Below are positions 54,506 to 64,000 of a DNA stretch of 64,000 nucleotides, in pieces. The stretch's first letter is position 1. Each line of letters opens with the position of its first letter. This DNA comes from Alphaproteobacteria bacterium. Its GTDB lineage: Bacteria; Pseudomonadota; Alphaproteobacteria; Micavibrionales; SZUA-601. Under the pieces are notes generated by a model. It was not told the DNA's origin, made no database searches, and was given only the letters and a program-made list of their open reading frames with translations. The DNA lies in the NCBI GenBank assembly GCA_965216395.1, contig OZ244156.1, forward strand, positions 648,765 to 712,764, read 5' to 3'. The translations under genes were made by a program, and so were the position numbers.

Positions 54506-55324
54506 ATGAAATATTTTTTGAGCGTTTTAAGTCTTTTACTTTTAACGATAAATTTCGCTTATGCTGATATTGGACAAGTGGCACAGCGTGTTTTAGATAG
54601 TGGGACTATCCGTTGTGGTTATGCGATGTCTCCCCCAGCGATTGAAAAAGACCCATTAAGCGACGCAATGCTCGGCCCCATTCCCGAAGTTATGGAGGAA
54701 ATTGGCAAGACTTTGGGCCTAAAAATTGAATGGACGGAAGAAACCGGATGGGGCAACTTTATCGAAGGATTACGCGCCAACCGTTATGACGCTTTTTGCG
54801 CGGGCATGTGGCCCGATGGCCCCCGGATGAAATTTCTTTCACTCACCCAACCTTTTGTGTACAACGTCATGTATGGCTATGTCCGTATTGATGACAACCG
54901 CTTTGATGGCAATATTGACGCCATGAACAGTCCAGATGTCATATTTCCTGTGGTTGAAGGGGATGTTACCGTATCCATTGTCAATGATATGTTTCCCAAG
55001 GCAAAAAAACTACCCCTGCAACAAATTTCAACTGTGTCAGATATGATGTTATCTGTAGCCACGGGTAAAGCGGATGTGGCCACTTTAACGCCTGAGATTT
55101 TTAAAAGTTTTGATCAAAATAATCCCGGCAAGCTTCGCGTGGTTAAAAATATTCCACCTTTACAATATAAAGGAGCCACTATTGGCGTAAAAGCTGGGGA
55201 ATATCATCTGCGTGATATGTTAGATCAAGCCATTAATATCTTACGCGATGATGGGACATTAGCGCGGATTTTAGCAAAACATTCAAAAAGCTATATTGCG
55301 CCACGGCAGGGATTTATCAATTAG
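54506..55324 (+). CDS. Periplasmic substrate-binding protein, SBP family 3-like, orphan (no adjacent permease or ATPase)
   Basis: Signal peptide (MKYFLSVLSLLLLTINFAYA). Bilobed SBP_bac_3-like pattern (IRCGY..., RYDAFCAGMW...). 272 aa. Confidence 0.6.
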   Translation: MKYFLSVLSLLLLTINFAYADIGQVAQRVLDSGTIRCGYAMSPPAIEKDPLSDAMLGPIPEVMEEIGKTLGLKIEWTEETGWGNFIEGLRANRYDAFCAGMWPDGPRMKFLSLTQPFVYNVMYGYVRIDDNRFDGNIDAMNSPDVIFPVVEGDVTVSIVNDMFPKAKKLPLQQISTVSDMMLSVATGKADVATLTPEIFKSFDQNNPGKLRVVKNIPPLQYKGATIGVKAGEYHLRDMLDQAINILRDDGTLARILAKHSKSYIAPRQGFIN

Positions 55325-55383
55325 GATTGATTTCAGTTTTTTTGTAAAGAAAAAATAAAGAGAGTTTAGGCATATTTCTCCTT

Positions 55384-55824
55384 ATGCCCGTACATCACGA
55401 GAAAAAAATATTATCCTTTACGGCGATTCAAATGTTTGATTTGGTCGCCGATATTGATGCGTATGATCAATTTTTACCATGGTGCAAGGCCTCTCGAGTT
55501 TGGAAAGAAGAGGGGGTGTATGTTTATGCTGACTTGATTGTTGGCTATAAAATCTTTCGAGAAAAATTTACGTCAAAGGTAAAACTAGATAAAAAAAATA
55601 AAGTGATAGCGGTTGAGTATCTCTCTGGTCCGATGAAAAACCTCACGAATAAATGGCAGTTTGTTGATTTACAAAAAGGACAGTGCGAAATTGATTTTTA
55701 TGTCAGTTTTGAATTTAAATCACGCGTCCTGCAAAAATTGATTGATCGGTTTTTTGATATCGCCTTTAAACGCATGGTCAACGCCTTTGAAAAACGCGCT
55801 GAAGAAGTTTATTCTCAGATATAG
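55384..55824 (+). CDS. SRPBCC-family protein (RatA / COQ10-like polyketide cyclase-dehydrase fold)
   Basis: 146 aa. The F.LV.DI..Y..FLPWC pattern is typical of the RatA/COQ10 family, which is commonly linked to lipA in alphaproteobacteria. Confidence 0.7.
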   Translation: MPVHHEKKILSFTAIQMFDLVADIDAYDQFLPWCKASRVWKEEGVYVYADLIVGYKIFREKFTSKVKLDKKNKVIAVEYLSGPMKNLTNKWQFVDLQKGQCEIDFYVSFEFKSRVLQKLIDRFFDIAFKRMVNAFEKRAEEVYSQI

Positions 55825-56489
55825 TTTGTTTGAGAAATAACATAGTCGATTTGTTCTTTAATCTCTGGTGGATAGGCAATATCACCACGTTCACCATATT
55901 TTTTAATCCGCAAAAATTGGCCCCAAACGCGTTTTATCGCCCCTTGATCATGGAACCAATTATCTGCATTTAAATTTTCTAAATCAACATCAGAGTATTC
56001 AGGTGAATAAGGGATCGCGCGAAAAGTAACCCAGGGTAAAAAACGTTTCAAAGTGAGCATTTGTCGCGTTGCAGCATGGCTTTTGGCAATAAATGATACC
56101 GTTTTGAGAGAAGAAAAGTCATAAAGTAATAGAGATTTTTCAACTTCTTCTAATGTATTTTCTGCTGTATTTTCGACTATAAATTGTATATTTGGGTAAT
56201 CGCCCGTGTTAATGGCTGCCATGATACGATCCGCAGCACTTATATGGTCTTCACCTGTTTTTTCAAAAGCTGGAATACCGCCATTAATAAAAACCAAAGG
56301 TGCAATCTCTTTTTCGAGAGATTTAATAATCGTATCAATTAACACATGTTTGGAAGACCAGGTTCCAAAAACAAATAAAGCATCACTTTTTCGATCATCA
56401 AAAGGTTGAAAACAAACGGCACTGACCAAGGCAATGAGATCATCATTAAGTTCAGGCACAGCAGGGTTGAGGGAGATATCTCTTTTCAT
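55815..56489 (-). CDS. DUF218 (YdcF/ElyC-like) domain protein
   Basis: 224 aa with a GG...E...ENTAENT-type motif (FINGGIP...VENTAENTLEEV). Convergent 10-nt overlap with the SRPBCC gene. Confidence 0.55.
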   Translation of the reverse strand: MKRDISLNPAVPELNDDLIALVSAVCFQPFDDRKSDALFVFGTWSSKHVLIDTIIKSLEKEIAPLVFINGGIPAFEKTGEDHISAADRIMAAINTGDYPNIQFIVENTAENTLEEVEKSLLLYDFSSLKTVSFIAKSHAATRQMLTLKRFLPWVTFRAIPYSPEYSDVDLENLNADNWFHDQGAIKRVWGQFLRIKKYGERGDIAYPPEIKEQIDYVISQTNYI

Positions 56490-56491
56490 TA

Positions 56492-56986
56492 TTAAGTAAT
56501 CAAAAAACTTTTAATTAAAATCAGAATACAAATGGTCATGAAAGCCGCAACCACATCATCAATCATAACCCCCAATGCGCCTTTAACACGCCGGTCACAC
56601 CATCCCACAGGGCCGATTTTTACCGCATCAAAAATACGAAAACAAATAAAGGCCACACTCCACATGAGGGTATCAAACTCAACTAAAGGGATTAGGGCAA
56701 TAGTCATCCCCACGACTTCGTCAATAACGATGGCTGAAGAATCTTTCTCTCCTGTTTTCTCAGCATAATCTTGACAGGCTTTCAACCCAATAAAAAACAA
56801 GAACAGAGCCATTACGGTTAAACCAAACGCACCCGCATAACAATGCACAACATAAATAAACGGCAGAGCACCAAACGTCCCCCATGTCCCAGAAGCAGGT
56901 CGGAAACGACCAATATGAAACCATGTAGCCATTAAATACCAAGGTGAAAAACGAGAATATTTTTGAGGGATTGGATAAAATTGCAT
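56492..56986 (-). CDS. pgpA: Phosphatidylglycerophosphatase A
   Basis: GTWGTFGALP motif and IVIDEVVGM. 164-aa membrane protein. Confidence 0.85.
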   Translation of the reverse strand: MQFYPIPQKYSRFSPWYLMATWFHIGRFRPASGTWGTFGALPFIYVVHCYAGAFGLTVMALFLFFIGLKACQDYAEKTGEKDSSAIVIDEVVGMTIALIPLVEFDTLMWSVAFICFRIFDAVKIGPVGWCDRRVKGALGVMIDDVVAAFMTICILILIKSFLIT

Positions 56987-57041
56987 TTTAATTCATTTAA
57001 CTGATGGAAATATATCACAGTTGTGGTAAAACTGTAACAGT

Positions 57042-57335
57042 ATGAGAAATGATGATGAACCAAAAAAGATAAAAAAGCCAGTGGAAATTGGTCTTGCTGG
57101 GCTTATAGAGCAACATTTGTCGCGCTATATTCATGCGGATCGCGATGTTTTACCATCCTCTGGGCTTTATCAGCGTATTCTGGATGAGGTTGAAAGACCT
57201 TTGTTGCGCCTTGTTTTAGATGTATGTCAGGGGAATCAAATTAAAGCTTCACATGTGTTGGGCATTAACCGAAACACATTGCATAAAAAACTAAAAAAAC
57301 ATGATCTTCTTACTCCTAAAGGGAGGAAAAGATAA
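57042..57335 (+). CDS. Fis-family small DNA-binding protein (resembles the isolated C-terminal domain of NtrC)
   Basis: 97 aa. GLYQRILDEVERPLLRLVLDVCQGNQIKASHVLGINRNTLHKKLKKH closely parallels E. coli Fis ([46 protein letters not shown]) and the NtrC C-terminus. Ends 5 nt upstream of ntrY. Confidence 0.8.
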   Translation: MRNDDEPKKIKKPVEIGLAGLIEQHLSRYIHADRDVLPSSGLYQRILDEVERPLLRLVLDVCQGNQIKASHVLGINRNTLHKKLKKHDLLTPKGRKR

Positions 57336-57340
57336 AAAAT

Positions 57341-59581
57341 ATGTCCAAGCCAAAGCTTTCAGGATTTGTCCATAATATTGATTTTTCAAAAATATTTAGA
57401 TTTTTTGAAAAATATACGCCTTTAATGAATCGGCTTGTTTATGTTGTCAGTTTTCTAGCCCTTGTTTCTGGTTTGGCAACTTATGCCGCGCTGTCTGAAA
57501 CACCACCCTTTGGAACAATTCACCCTAACACAGTCTTTAATCTTTTGGTTTTAGACCTCATCTTTTTGCTCGTATTATTTTTTCTGATCGCTCAACGCGT
57601 TGTCTCTATATGGATTCGTCGAAAAAAGAAAATGGCGGGATCAACCTTACATGTTCGTTTGGTTATGGTTTTCTCACTCTTAGCAACATTACCAGCCATA
57701 TTTATGGCACTTTTTGCGGTAACTTTTTATCATTACGGTGTTGAATCTTGGTTTGGCGAACGTATCAGTACGGCTGTCACTGAATCCAGAGAAGTAGCCG
57801 AAGCGTATTTAAATGAGCATACACAAACAATACGCGCTGATATTTTGGCAATGGCTAATGACATGAATCGAGATTTTGATGTCATCACAACCAATCAAAG
57901 TGTATTACCAAAATTTATCAAGACACAGTCTTTATTGCGAAATTTTACCGAAGTAACCATATTTAAAAAAGATGGCACCATTATCGCCAGCGCGTTTCGT
58001 GGTGATAATATAACAAATATCACTGTGCCTAGTCTTGATATTGTTCAAAAATCAGATTCGGGTGAAGTTATTGTTATCACCAGTGTTGAACAGCGCGACA
58101 AAGTGTATGCATTGATCCGTTTAAGCGTTTATAATGATGTTTATTTATATGTTGGACGCAATATCGAAGAGGGTGTTTTAAAACACATCCGTCTTACGGA
58201 AAGAGCCGTTCAAGATTATTCAGACATAGAAGGCAAACAGCATGGTTTCAAAATAACCATGGCTTTTATTTTTATCATGGTCAGTATGCTTTTATTGCTT
58301 ATTGCGGTGACAATTGGTCTGGTTTTTGCTGAACATTTGGTCAAACCAATTGCGGCACTTGTAACCGCTACAGAGCGTATTCGCGCAGGAGACATGAAAG
58401 CGCGCGTTTCAGGTGAAGAACGTAATGATGAAAGTGGTTTACTTGCGCGCGCCTTTAACCGAATGACTGAACAGCTTGCTCAGCAAAGAATCGATCTTAT
58501 TAAAGCCAATCAACAAATTGATGACAGAAGACGATTTACCGAAGCGGTTTTATCGGGTATATCCGCAGGCATTTTAAGTATGGATGATAAGGGCAAGATT
58601 ACTCTTGTCAATGAATCGGCCGTTGATTTAATTGGCCAAGCTGCTCAGAATCTGATCGGCAGAAAGTTGAGTGACATTAGTCCAGAAATGGAAAAATTGA
58701 GACGTATTGCACGCCGTAAATCAGAAAGGTTTATTGAATCAGAAATTTCTTTTCACAACCCTAAGAGTGATCAAACCAGAATTTGGGTTGTCCGTATGAC
58801 GGTTGAAAAAACAGACGAGAAAATCAAAAAATATGTGGCGACATTTGACGATGTGACACCGTTGATTAAGGCACAACGCAAAGCCGCTTGGTCAGATGTG
58901 GCCAGACGAATTGCACATGAAATTAAAAATCCTTTGACACCAATTCAACTTTCAGCGGAAAGGTTACGAAAAAAATATCTGGACCAGATTGATCATGATC
59001 CCGAAACATTTGATATGTTTGTTAGCACAATTATTCGCCATGTTGAGGATATTGGGCGCATGGTCGATGAATTTTCATCATTTGCACGTATGCCAAGCGC
59101 AAAGAAGAGGAAAGAAAATATATCTGTAATCATACAGCAAGTATTATTTTTATTTCGTCAAGGGAGTACGACTATTGAATACAAATGTGCTCCTCTGCCT
59201 GATCAGCTTTATGCTGAATGTGATGGCCAACAAATATCACAGGCTGTGACCAATATTCTTAAAAATGCAACTGAATCGGTGACCAGTAAATATGATTCAG
59301 AGAATATAAAAAATGCTCATATTCATGTTTCTATGAAAGAAGATGATGAGAACATAATTATTATTGTTACAGATAATGGTTTGGGGCTACCTAAAAATTT
59401 ATCAGGCAACTTAACCGATCCTTATGTGACATCCCGTGAAAAGGGAACTGGGCTTGGCTTAGCTATTGTTGCTAAAATTATGGAAGACCATAAAGGTAAA
59501 ATTAACTTATCAGATAGAGAAAATAATAAAAGCGGTGCCATTGTTGAATTAATTTTTCCAAAGAAAGTGAGTAGGAATTAA
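57341..59581 (+). CDS. ntrY: Sensor histidine kinase NtrY
   Basis: 746 aa with N-terminal TM helices, HAMP and PAS regions, the H-box (ARRIAHEIKNPLTPI) and an ATPase domain (TDNGLGLP...GTGLGLAIV). Confidence 0.9.
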   Translation: MSKPKLSGFVHNIDFSKIFRFFEKYTPLMNRLVYVVSFLALVSGLATYAALSETPPFGTIHPNTVFNLLVLDLIFLLVLFFLIAQRVVSIWIRRKKKMAGSTLHVRLVMVFSLLATLPAIFMALFAVTFYHYGVESWFGERISTAVTESREVAEAYLNEHTQTIRADILAMANDMNRDFDVITTNQSVLPKFIKTQSLLRNFTEVTIFKKDGTIIASAFRGDNITNITVPSLDIVQKSDSGEVIVITSVEQRDKVYALIRLSVYNDVYLYVGRNIEEGVLKHIRLTERAVQDYSDIEGKQHGFKITMAFIFIMVSMLLLLIAVTIGLVFAEHLVKPIAALVTATERIRAGDMKARVSGEERNDESGLLARAFNRMTEQLAQQRIDLIKANQQIDDRRRFTEAVLSGISAGILSMDDKGKITLVNESAVDLIGQAAQNLIGRKLSDISPEMEKLRRIARRKSERFIESEISFHNPKSDQTRIWVVRMTVEKTDEKIKKYVATFDDVTPLIKAQRKAAWSDVARRIAHEIKNPLTPIQLSAERLRKKYLDQIDHDPETFDMFVSTIIRHVEDIGRMVDEFSSFARMPSAKKRKENISVIIQQVLFLFRQGSTTIEYKCAPLPDQLYAECDGQQISQAVTNILKNATESVTSKYDSENIKNAHIHVSMKEDDENIIIIVTDNGLGLPKNLSGNLTDPYVTSREKGTGLGLAIVAKIMEDHKGKINLSDRENNKSGAIVELIFPKKVSRN

Positions 59582-60987
59582 TGAGTAAAAAAGTGAATGA
59601 AAATATTCTTGTTGTGGATGATGAGTCGGATATACGAACACTGGTATCTGGCATTCTCAGTGATGAAGGATATACAACGCGGCAGGCTTCTGATTCAACG
59701 ACAGCATGGCAAGAAATCTCTAAACGGACGCCTCATCTTATTATTTTAGATATATGGTTAGAAGGCAGCCGTATGGACGGTATTGAACTGCTTAAAAAGA
59801 TAAAGCGCCATTATCAAAATATCCCTGTTTTAATGATCAGTGGTCACGGTAATATCGAAACAGCGATTGCTGCCATTAAGATTGGCGCTTATGATTTTAT
59901 TGAAAAACCATTTAAATCTGATCGATTATTATTAACAGTTAAAAGAGCTTTAGAAAAAGCCCGTTTACAAGATGAAAATGAAAATTTACGCCTCAAAACA
60001 ACCCAAGAAGTTCATTTAATAGGCAGTTCATCGGCAATTCATCACGTCAAAGAATCGATTGAAAAAGTCGCCCCAACAGGCAGCCGTGTTATGTTTACAG
60101 GGCCTGCAGGGGTCGGTAAAGAGGTGGCTGCACGTTATTTACACAACCAATCAAAGCGCGCAGATGGTCCTTTTGTTGTTTTAAATTGTGCCACACTTCA
60201 TTCAGAAAATCTGGAAAAAACACTTTTTGGATGGGAAGAAAGAAATAATAATGATGTTATTCAAAAGATTGGCTTATTAGAAAAAGCCCACGGAGGAACA
60301 CTCTTACTTGATGAAATATCTGATATGCCCTTGGATATTCAGGCAAAAATGGTTCGTATACTTCAAGAAAATCGATTTGAACGAATTAATGGCACACAAT
60401 CAATTGATATTGATGTACGATTTATCGCAAGTAGTAATAAAAACCTTGAAGAATTGATGGAGCAGGGGACACTTCGGCAAGATTTATTTTATCGCTTGAA
60501 TGTTGTGCCTATTCAATTACCCGCATTGTCTCAACGAATTGAAGATATTCCTGTTTTGTGTAAATATTTTATTGATAAAATATCGCAAGATTCTGGTATA
60601 CGAAAGCTTCAATTTGCCGAGGATACAATCGCAACTTTGCAAAACTACACATGGCCAGGTAATGTTCGACAATTGCGTAATATGATCGAATGGGTGCTTA
60701 TCATGGCCAATGAAAGTGCGAATGACCAATCGATCCATGCAGATATGTTGCCTCCTGAAATTAGTTCTACGGCACCGGCCGTTTTATCTATGGATAATGG
60801 TGAACAAATCATGTCTTTACCCTTACGCGAAGCACGGGAGGTATTTGAACGCGAATATTTAAATTCACAAATTACCCGTTTTTCTGGTAATATATCACGT
60901 ACAGCACATTTTATTGGTATGGAGCGCTCAGCACTTCATCGTAAGTTAAAAAGTTTGAACGTTAACCCACAAGAAAAGAGAGCTTAA
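59581..60987 (+). CDS. ntrX: Response regulator NtrX (REC + AAA+ + Fis-type HTH; no GAFTGA loop)
   Basis: REC domain (ILVVDDE...LDIWL), Walker A (GPAGVGKE), Walker B (GGTLLLDEI) and C-terminal HTH. The GAFTGA region is replaced by WEERNNNDVIQKIG. Confidence 0.9.
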   Translation: MSKKVNENILVVDDESDIRTLVSGILSDEGYTTRQASDSTTAWQEISKRTPHLIILDIWLEGSRMDGIELLKKIKRHYQNIPVLMISGHGNIETAIAAIKIGAYDFIEKPFKSDRLLLTVKRALEKARLQDENENLRLKTTQEVHLIGSSSAIHHVKESIEKVAPTGSRVMFTGPAGVGKEVAARYLHNQSKRADGPFVVLNCATLHSENLEKTLFGWEERNNNDVIQKIGLLEKAHGGTLLLDEISDMPLDIQAKMVRILQENRFERINGTQSIDIDVRFIASSNKNLEELMEQGTLRQDLFYRLNVVPIQLPALSQRIEDIPVLCKYFIDKISQDSGIRKLQFAEDTIATLQNYTWPGNVRQLRNMIEWVLIMANESANDQSIHADMLPPEISSTAPAVLSMDNGEQIMSLPLREAREVFEREYLNSQITRFSGNISRTAHFIGMERSALHRKLKSLNVNPQEKRA

Positions 60988-60993
60988 TTTATC

Positions 60994-62370
60994 ATGAAAG
61001 TTATTATTTGTGGTGCGGGTAAAGTTGGTGTCACCATAGCTCAATATTTAGCACAAGAGAATAACGATATCACAGTGATTGATAACTGTTTTGATGCATT
61101 GGCTGGTATTGAACAAACGCTTGATATACAAACAATTCATGGCAAAGCGTCACAACCAGATGTGCTTGAAGCGGCAGGCGCCAAAAATGTTGAAATGATT
61201 ATTGCCACCACAAGTTCAGATGAAATTAATATGATGGCGTGTCAAATTGCGCATACTTTATTCAATGTTCCTAAAAAGATCGCTCGTATTCGTGATCAAA
61301 CCTATATTTCTCCTATTTGGGCTAACCTTTTTAGCCAAAATCATATCCCCATTGATGCGGTCATCACGCCAGAAAAAGAAATTGCCACCAGTGTGATTAA
61401 TCGTTTAAAGATTCCCGGAACATTTAATATTTTCCCTGTTGCAGAAGAAATGGCCAAAATTGTTGGTGTTATATGCGGTGATGATTGTGATATTTTAAAC
61501 CAAACCATTGCGGAAACATTGGAAAACAATCCACACATTGTCCTTAAACCACTGGCTTATATTCGCGGGAATGAAAAAATAATTACCGATGAATTATATG
61601 AGCCACATATCGGCGATGAGTTTTATTTTATTACATCCAATGAAAACTTAGCCGCAACGATGAAATTATTTGGCCGTTCCACGAAACAAACGAGGCATGT
61701 GACCATTATGGGTGGTGGAAATATTGGTCTGGAAATTCTTTCTCGGATCAAACAAGAATTGCCTAATATTGCTGTTAAAATTATAGAATATGATAAAGAT
61801 CGAGCCCAAGAATTATCAGAAAATTTTCCTAACAAAACGATTATTCACGGTGATGCCCTTGAAAAAACCATTATGGAAGAATCGCAAATCCAAAATTGCG
61901 AAGCTTTTATTGCAGTGAGTAATGATGACGAGGCTAATATTTTGGCTTCATTACTTGCCAAACGGATGGGATGTAAACGCGCCATAACGCTTGCAACGCG
62001 CAGCCATTACCCCTCATTTTTAAGCGCTCTTGGCATTGATTCTGTTATTAATCCACGTGCAATAACTGTTTCTAGTATTATGCGACATATCCGTCGTGGG
62101 CCTATTCATCTTGATTATTCCTTGCGTGATGGCTTTGCCGAAATCATCGAAATGGAACCAGATCATACAGCACGTGTCATAAACACACCTATAGGTGATT
62201 TAGAATTACCTGATACTGTAAAAATTGTTGGAATTAAAAGAAAAAATACATTTATTTTACCGGATAAAGATACAGAAATTAAAGCAGAAGATCACGTGGT
62301 TATCTTTGTTGAACATCATGATGTTAAAAAGGTTGAGCGCCTTTTTTCACAACGTGCTGATTATTACTAA
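60994..62370 (+). CDS. trkA: Trk potassium uptake system protein TrkA
   Basis: Two tandem RCK/NAD-binding halves (MKVIICGAGKVG... and IMGGGNIGLE...). 458 aa. Confidence 0.92.
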   Translation: MKVIICGAGKVGVTIAQYLAQENNDITVIDNCFDALAGIEQTLDIQTIHGKASQPDVLEAAGAKNVEMIIATTSSDEINMMACQIAHTLFNVPKKIARIRDQTYISPIWANLFSQNHIPIDAVITPEKEIATSVINRLKIPGTFNIFPVAEEMAKIVGVICGDDCDILNQTIAETLENNPHIVLKPLAYIRGNEKIITDELYEPHIGDEFYFITSNENLAATMKLFGRSTKQTRHVTIMGGGNIGLEILSRIKQELPNIAVKIIEYDKDRAQELSENFPNKTIIHGDALEKTIMEESQIQNCEAFIAVSNDDEANILASLLAKRMGCKRAITLATRSHYPSFLSALGIDSVINPRAITVSSIMRHIRRGPIHLDYSLRDGFAEIIEMEPDHTARVINTPIGDLELPDTVKIVGIKRKNTFILPDKDTEIKAEDHVVIFVEHHDVKKVERLFSQRADYY

Positions 62371-62507
62371 AAAACACAAAAGGGTCGTTTTTATTTTGCA
62401 AAATCAATTTTATACGATACACTCTTGTTAGGATTACCACATAAGCCTAAAAAATATTTGAAAGAAGTTTCTTTCTATAAATAAAAAAACTAAAAAAGGT
62501 AACGTAT

Positions 62508-62765
62508 ATGTCTGAAAAATCACAAAATGTTCAAGATGTTTTTCTTAACACAATTAGAAAAAATAAAAATCCAGTCACGGTATTTTTAGTTAATGGCGTT
62601 AAACTTCAGGGGGTTGTCACTTGGTTTGATAATTTTTCTATTCTTTTACGTCGCGATTCACATTCACAGCTTGTATATAAACATGCAATCTCAACTATTA
62701 TGCCTTCTCAGCCAGTACAGCTTTTTGAACAGGAAAAAGATTTAGAGTCAAAAACATCTGAATAA
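62508..62765 (+). CDS. hfq: RNA chaperone Hfq
   Basis: [39 protein letters not shown]...[11 protein letters not shown]m1/Sm2 motifs. Confidence 0.97.
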   Translation: MSEKSQNVQDVFLNTIRKNKNPVTVFLVNGVKLQGVVTWFDNFSILLRRDSHSQLVYKHAISTIMPSQPVQLFEQEKDLESKTSE

Positions 62766-62787
62766 AAGCTTGAGGAAGTATCTTTAA

Positions 62788-64000
62788 TTGCAAGAATTTG
62801 ATCATCAAACAGTCGTTGTTTCTTCGGCAAAATCAATTGTATTACACCCTAATACCCGTGACAATGGTGATCTGTTACGTTCCCCAGAAAGTCAATTAGA
62901 TGAGATAACATCACTGGCTTTAGCTATTCAACTGAATATAGTTTATGCTGATATAATTAATTTGAAGAAGATTAATGCAGGGTATTTTTTTGGTAAAGGT
63001 GTCATTGAAAATATAGGCGATCGTATCAAACAGGAATCTGTTGAATTGGTTGTTATCAATACCCAATTATCACCAGGCCAACAACGTAACCTAGAAAAAG
63101 CTTGGCATGCCAAGGTTATTGATCGAACGGGTCTTATACTAGAAATCTTTGGTGAACGCGCCCAAACAAAAGAAGGACGCATGCAGGTTGAACTGGCGGC
63201 TCTAACCTATCAAAAATCTAGATTGGTGCGGGCATGGACCCACCTTGAGCGTCAGCGTGGTGGCTTAGGATTTGCGGGTGGTCCTGGTGAAACCCAAATA
63301 GAGCTTGATCGCCGTATGTTATCCAAACGGATCAATGCCATTAAAAAAGACTTAGAAAAAGTCGTTAAAACACGCGCTCTACAACGTAAAAATCGACAAA
63401 AAACACCTTATCCTGTTGTTGCCTTGGTTGGGTATACTAATGCTGGAAAATCGACATTATTCAATCGTTTAACACAAGCGGATGTCTTTGCCAAAGATTT
63501 ATTATTTGCAACATTAGATCCAACTATGCGAATGTTAGAATTGCCTTCTGGTCGTAAGGTTATTTTATCTGACACGGTTGGTTTTATTTCCAACCTCCCC
63601 ACCGAATTAATCGCAGCATTTCGCGCCACATTAGAGGAAGTAATCCATGCGGATTTAATACTTCATATTCGTGATATATCCAGTCCAGCCCATGAAGCAG
63701 AAAAAGAAGATGTTGACCACGTGTTAACGACGCTTGATATTGACGAGCAAAATACTGGATATATTGATGTTTATAACAAAATTGATCTTTTAGATAATCA
63801 AGATAAAAAATCCTTAAACGAACAGTCAAAGCGCTACAAAGATAGGGTTGCTATTTCTGCTGAGAAAAACATTAATATTCCACAACTTATTCAAAAAATT
63901 GATGACTATTTTGCGGAACAAGAACATGTGATTGACCTTTCCATCAAACCAGATGAGGGGGCTGCTCTTGCATGGCTTTATCGCCATGCTGATATTCGCC
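62788..64000 (+). CDS. hflX: GTPase HflX, N-terminal ~404 codons (runs off the window end; absent from the supplied ORF track)
   Basis: My own translation gives ...ELAALTYQKSRLVRAWTHLERQRGGLGFAGGPGETQIELDRR...VALVGYTNAGKSTLFN...LSDTVGFI. The frame opens just after a TAA at 62785-62787, and TTG at 62788 is the only start-like codon; GAGGAAG lies 9 nt upstream. Confidence 0.85.
   Translation, partial: MQEFDHQTVVVSSAKSIVLHPNTRDNGDLLRSPESQLDEITSLALAIQLNIVYADIINLKKINAGYFFGKGVIENIGDRIKQESVELVVINTQLSPGQQRNLEKAWHAKVIDRTGLILEIFGERAQTKEGRMQVELAALTYQKSRLVRAWTHLERQRGGLGFAGGPGETQIELDRRMLSKRINAIKKDLEKVVKTRALQRKNRQKTPYPVVALVGYTNAGKSTLFNRLTQADVFAKDLLFATLDPTMRMLELPSGRKVILSDTVGFISNLPTELIAAFRATLEEVIHADLILHIRDISSPAHEAEKEDVDHVLTTLDIDEQNTGYIDVYNKIDLLDNQDKKSLNEQSKRYKDRVAISAEKNINIPQLIQKIDDYFAEQEHVIDLSIKPDEGAALAWLYRHADIR

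Noticed and set aside
59581-60987. NtrX AAA+ domain lacks the GAFTGA sigma54-contact loop
   Set aside because: Absence of GAFTGA is a described property of the NtrX family (for example Brucella and Caulobacter). It is consistent with expectation rather than a new observation.

Overview
This window is a gene-dense, AT-rich chromosomal core segment, roughly 35-40% GC by eye. The gene order is typical of an alphaproteobacterium, possibly a host-associated or reduced lineage; I cannot name the species.

Gene order: nuoL(part)-nuoM-nuoN-[GNAT]-birA-rnj-DUF1467-[exported ORF] / proS(-) / lolC-[MazG-like]-lolD-dnaE / rpsB-tsf-pyrH-frr-uppS-cdsA-rseP-bamA-skp-lpxD-fabZ-[498-aa orphan]-lpxA-lpxI-lpxB / gltA(-)-gltX(-) / comEC / lexA(-) / yibQ-like / DinB-like(-)-ppiD(-) / tpiA-secG-pyrG-[C39-like peptidase]-kdsA-eno-ftsB-pdhA-pdhB-[Nudix+wHTH]-pdhC-[chorismate-mutase-like+phosphoesterase]-lpdA-[small ORF] / zupT(-) / [small paralog]-lipA-SBP-ratA-like / DUF218(-)-pgpA(-) / fis-like-ntrY-ntrX-trkA-hfq-hflX(part).

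I saw no rRNA, tRNA, CRISPR array, transposase or integrase.

No single classical island is present. What stands out is about 11 small, visibly more AT-rich accessory ORFs wedged into otherwise conserved housekeeping operons, often with zero or negative spacing.

Main items:
- A self-contained orphan transcription unit (own consensus promoter and terminator) splits fabZ from lpxA.
- Two paralogous ~95-100-aa orphan proteins with consensus promoters flank zupT.
- A stand-alone cytoplasmic C39-like cysteine peptidase sits between pyrG and kdsA.
- A Nudix plus winged-helix pair sits inside the pdh operon.
- A Fis-sized protein resembling the NtrC C-terminus occupies the ntrC position upstream of ntrYX.
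- proS is a Thermus/archaeal-type ProRS.
- An alphaproteobacterial-type LexA box overlaps the lexA -35 element.

All functional calls rest on motif and family recognition by eye. No homology search or structure prediction was run.
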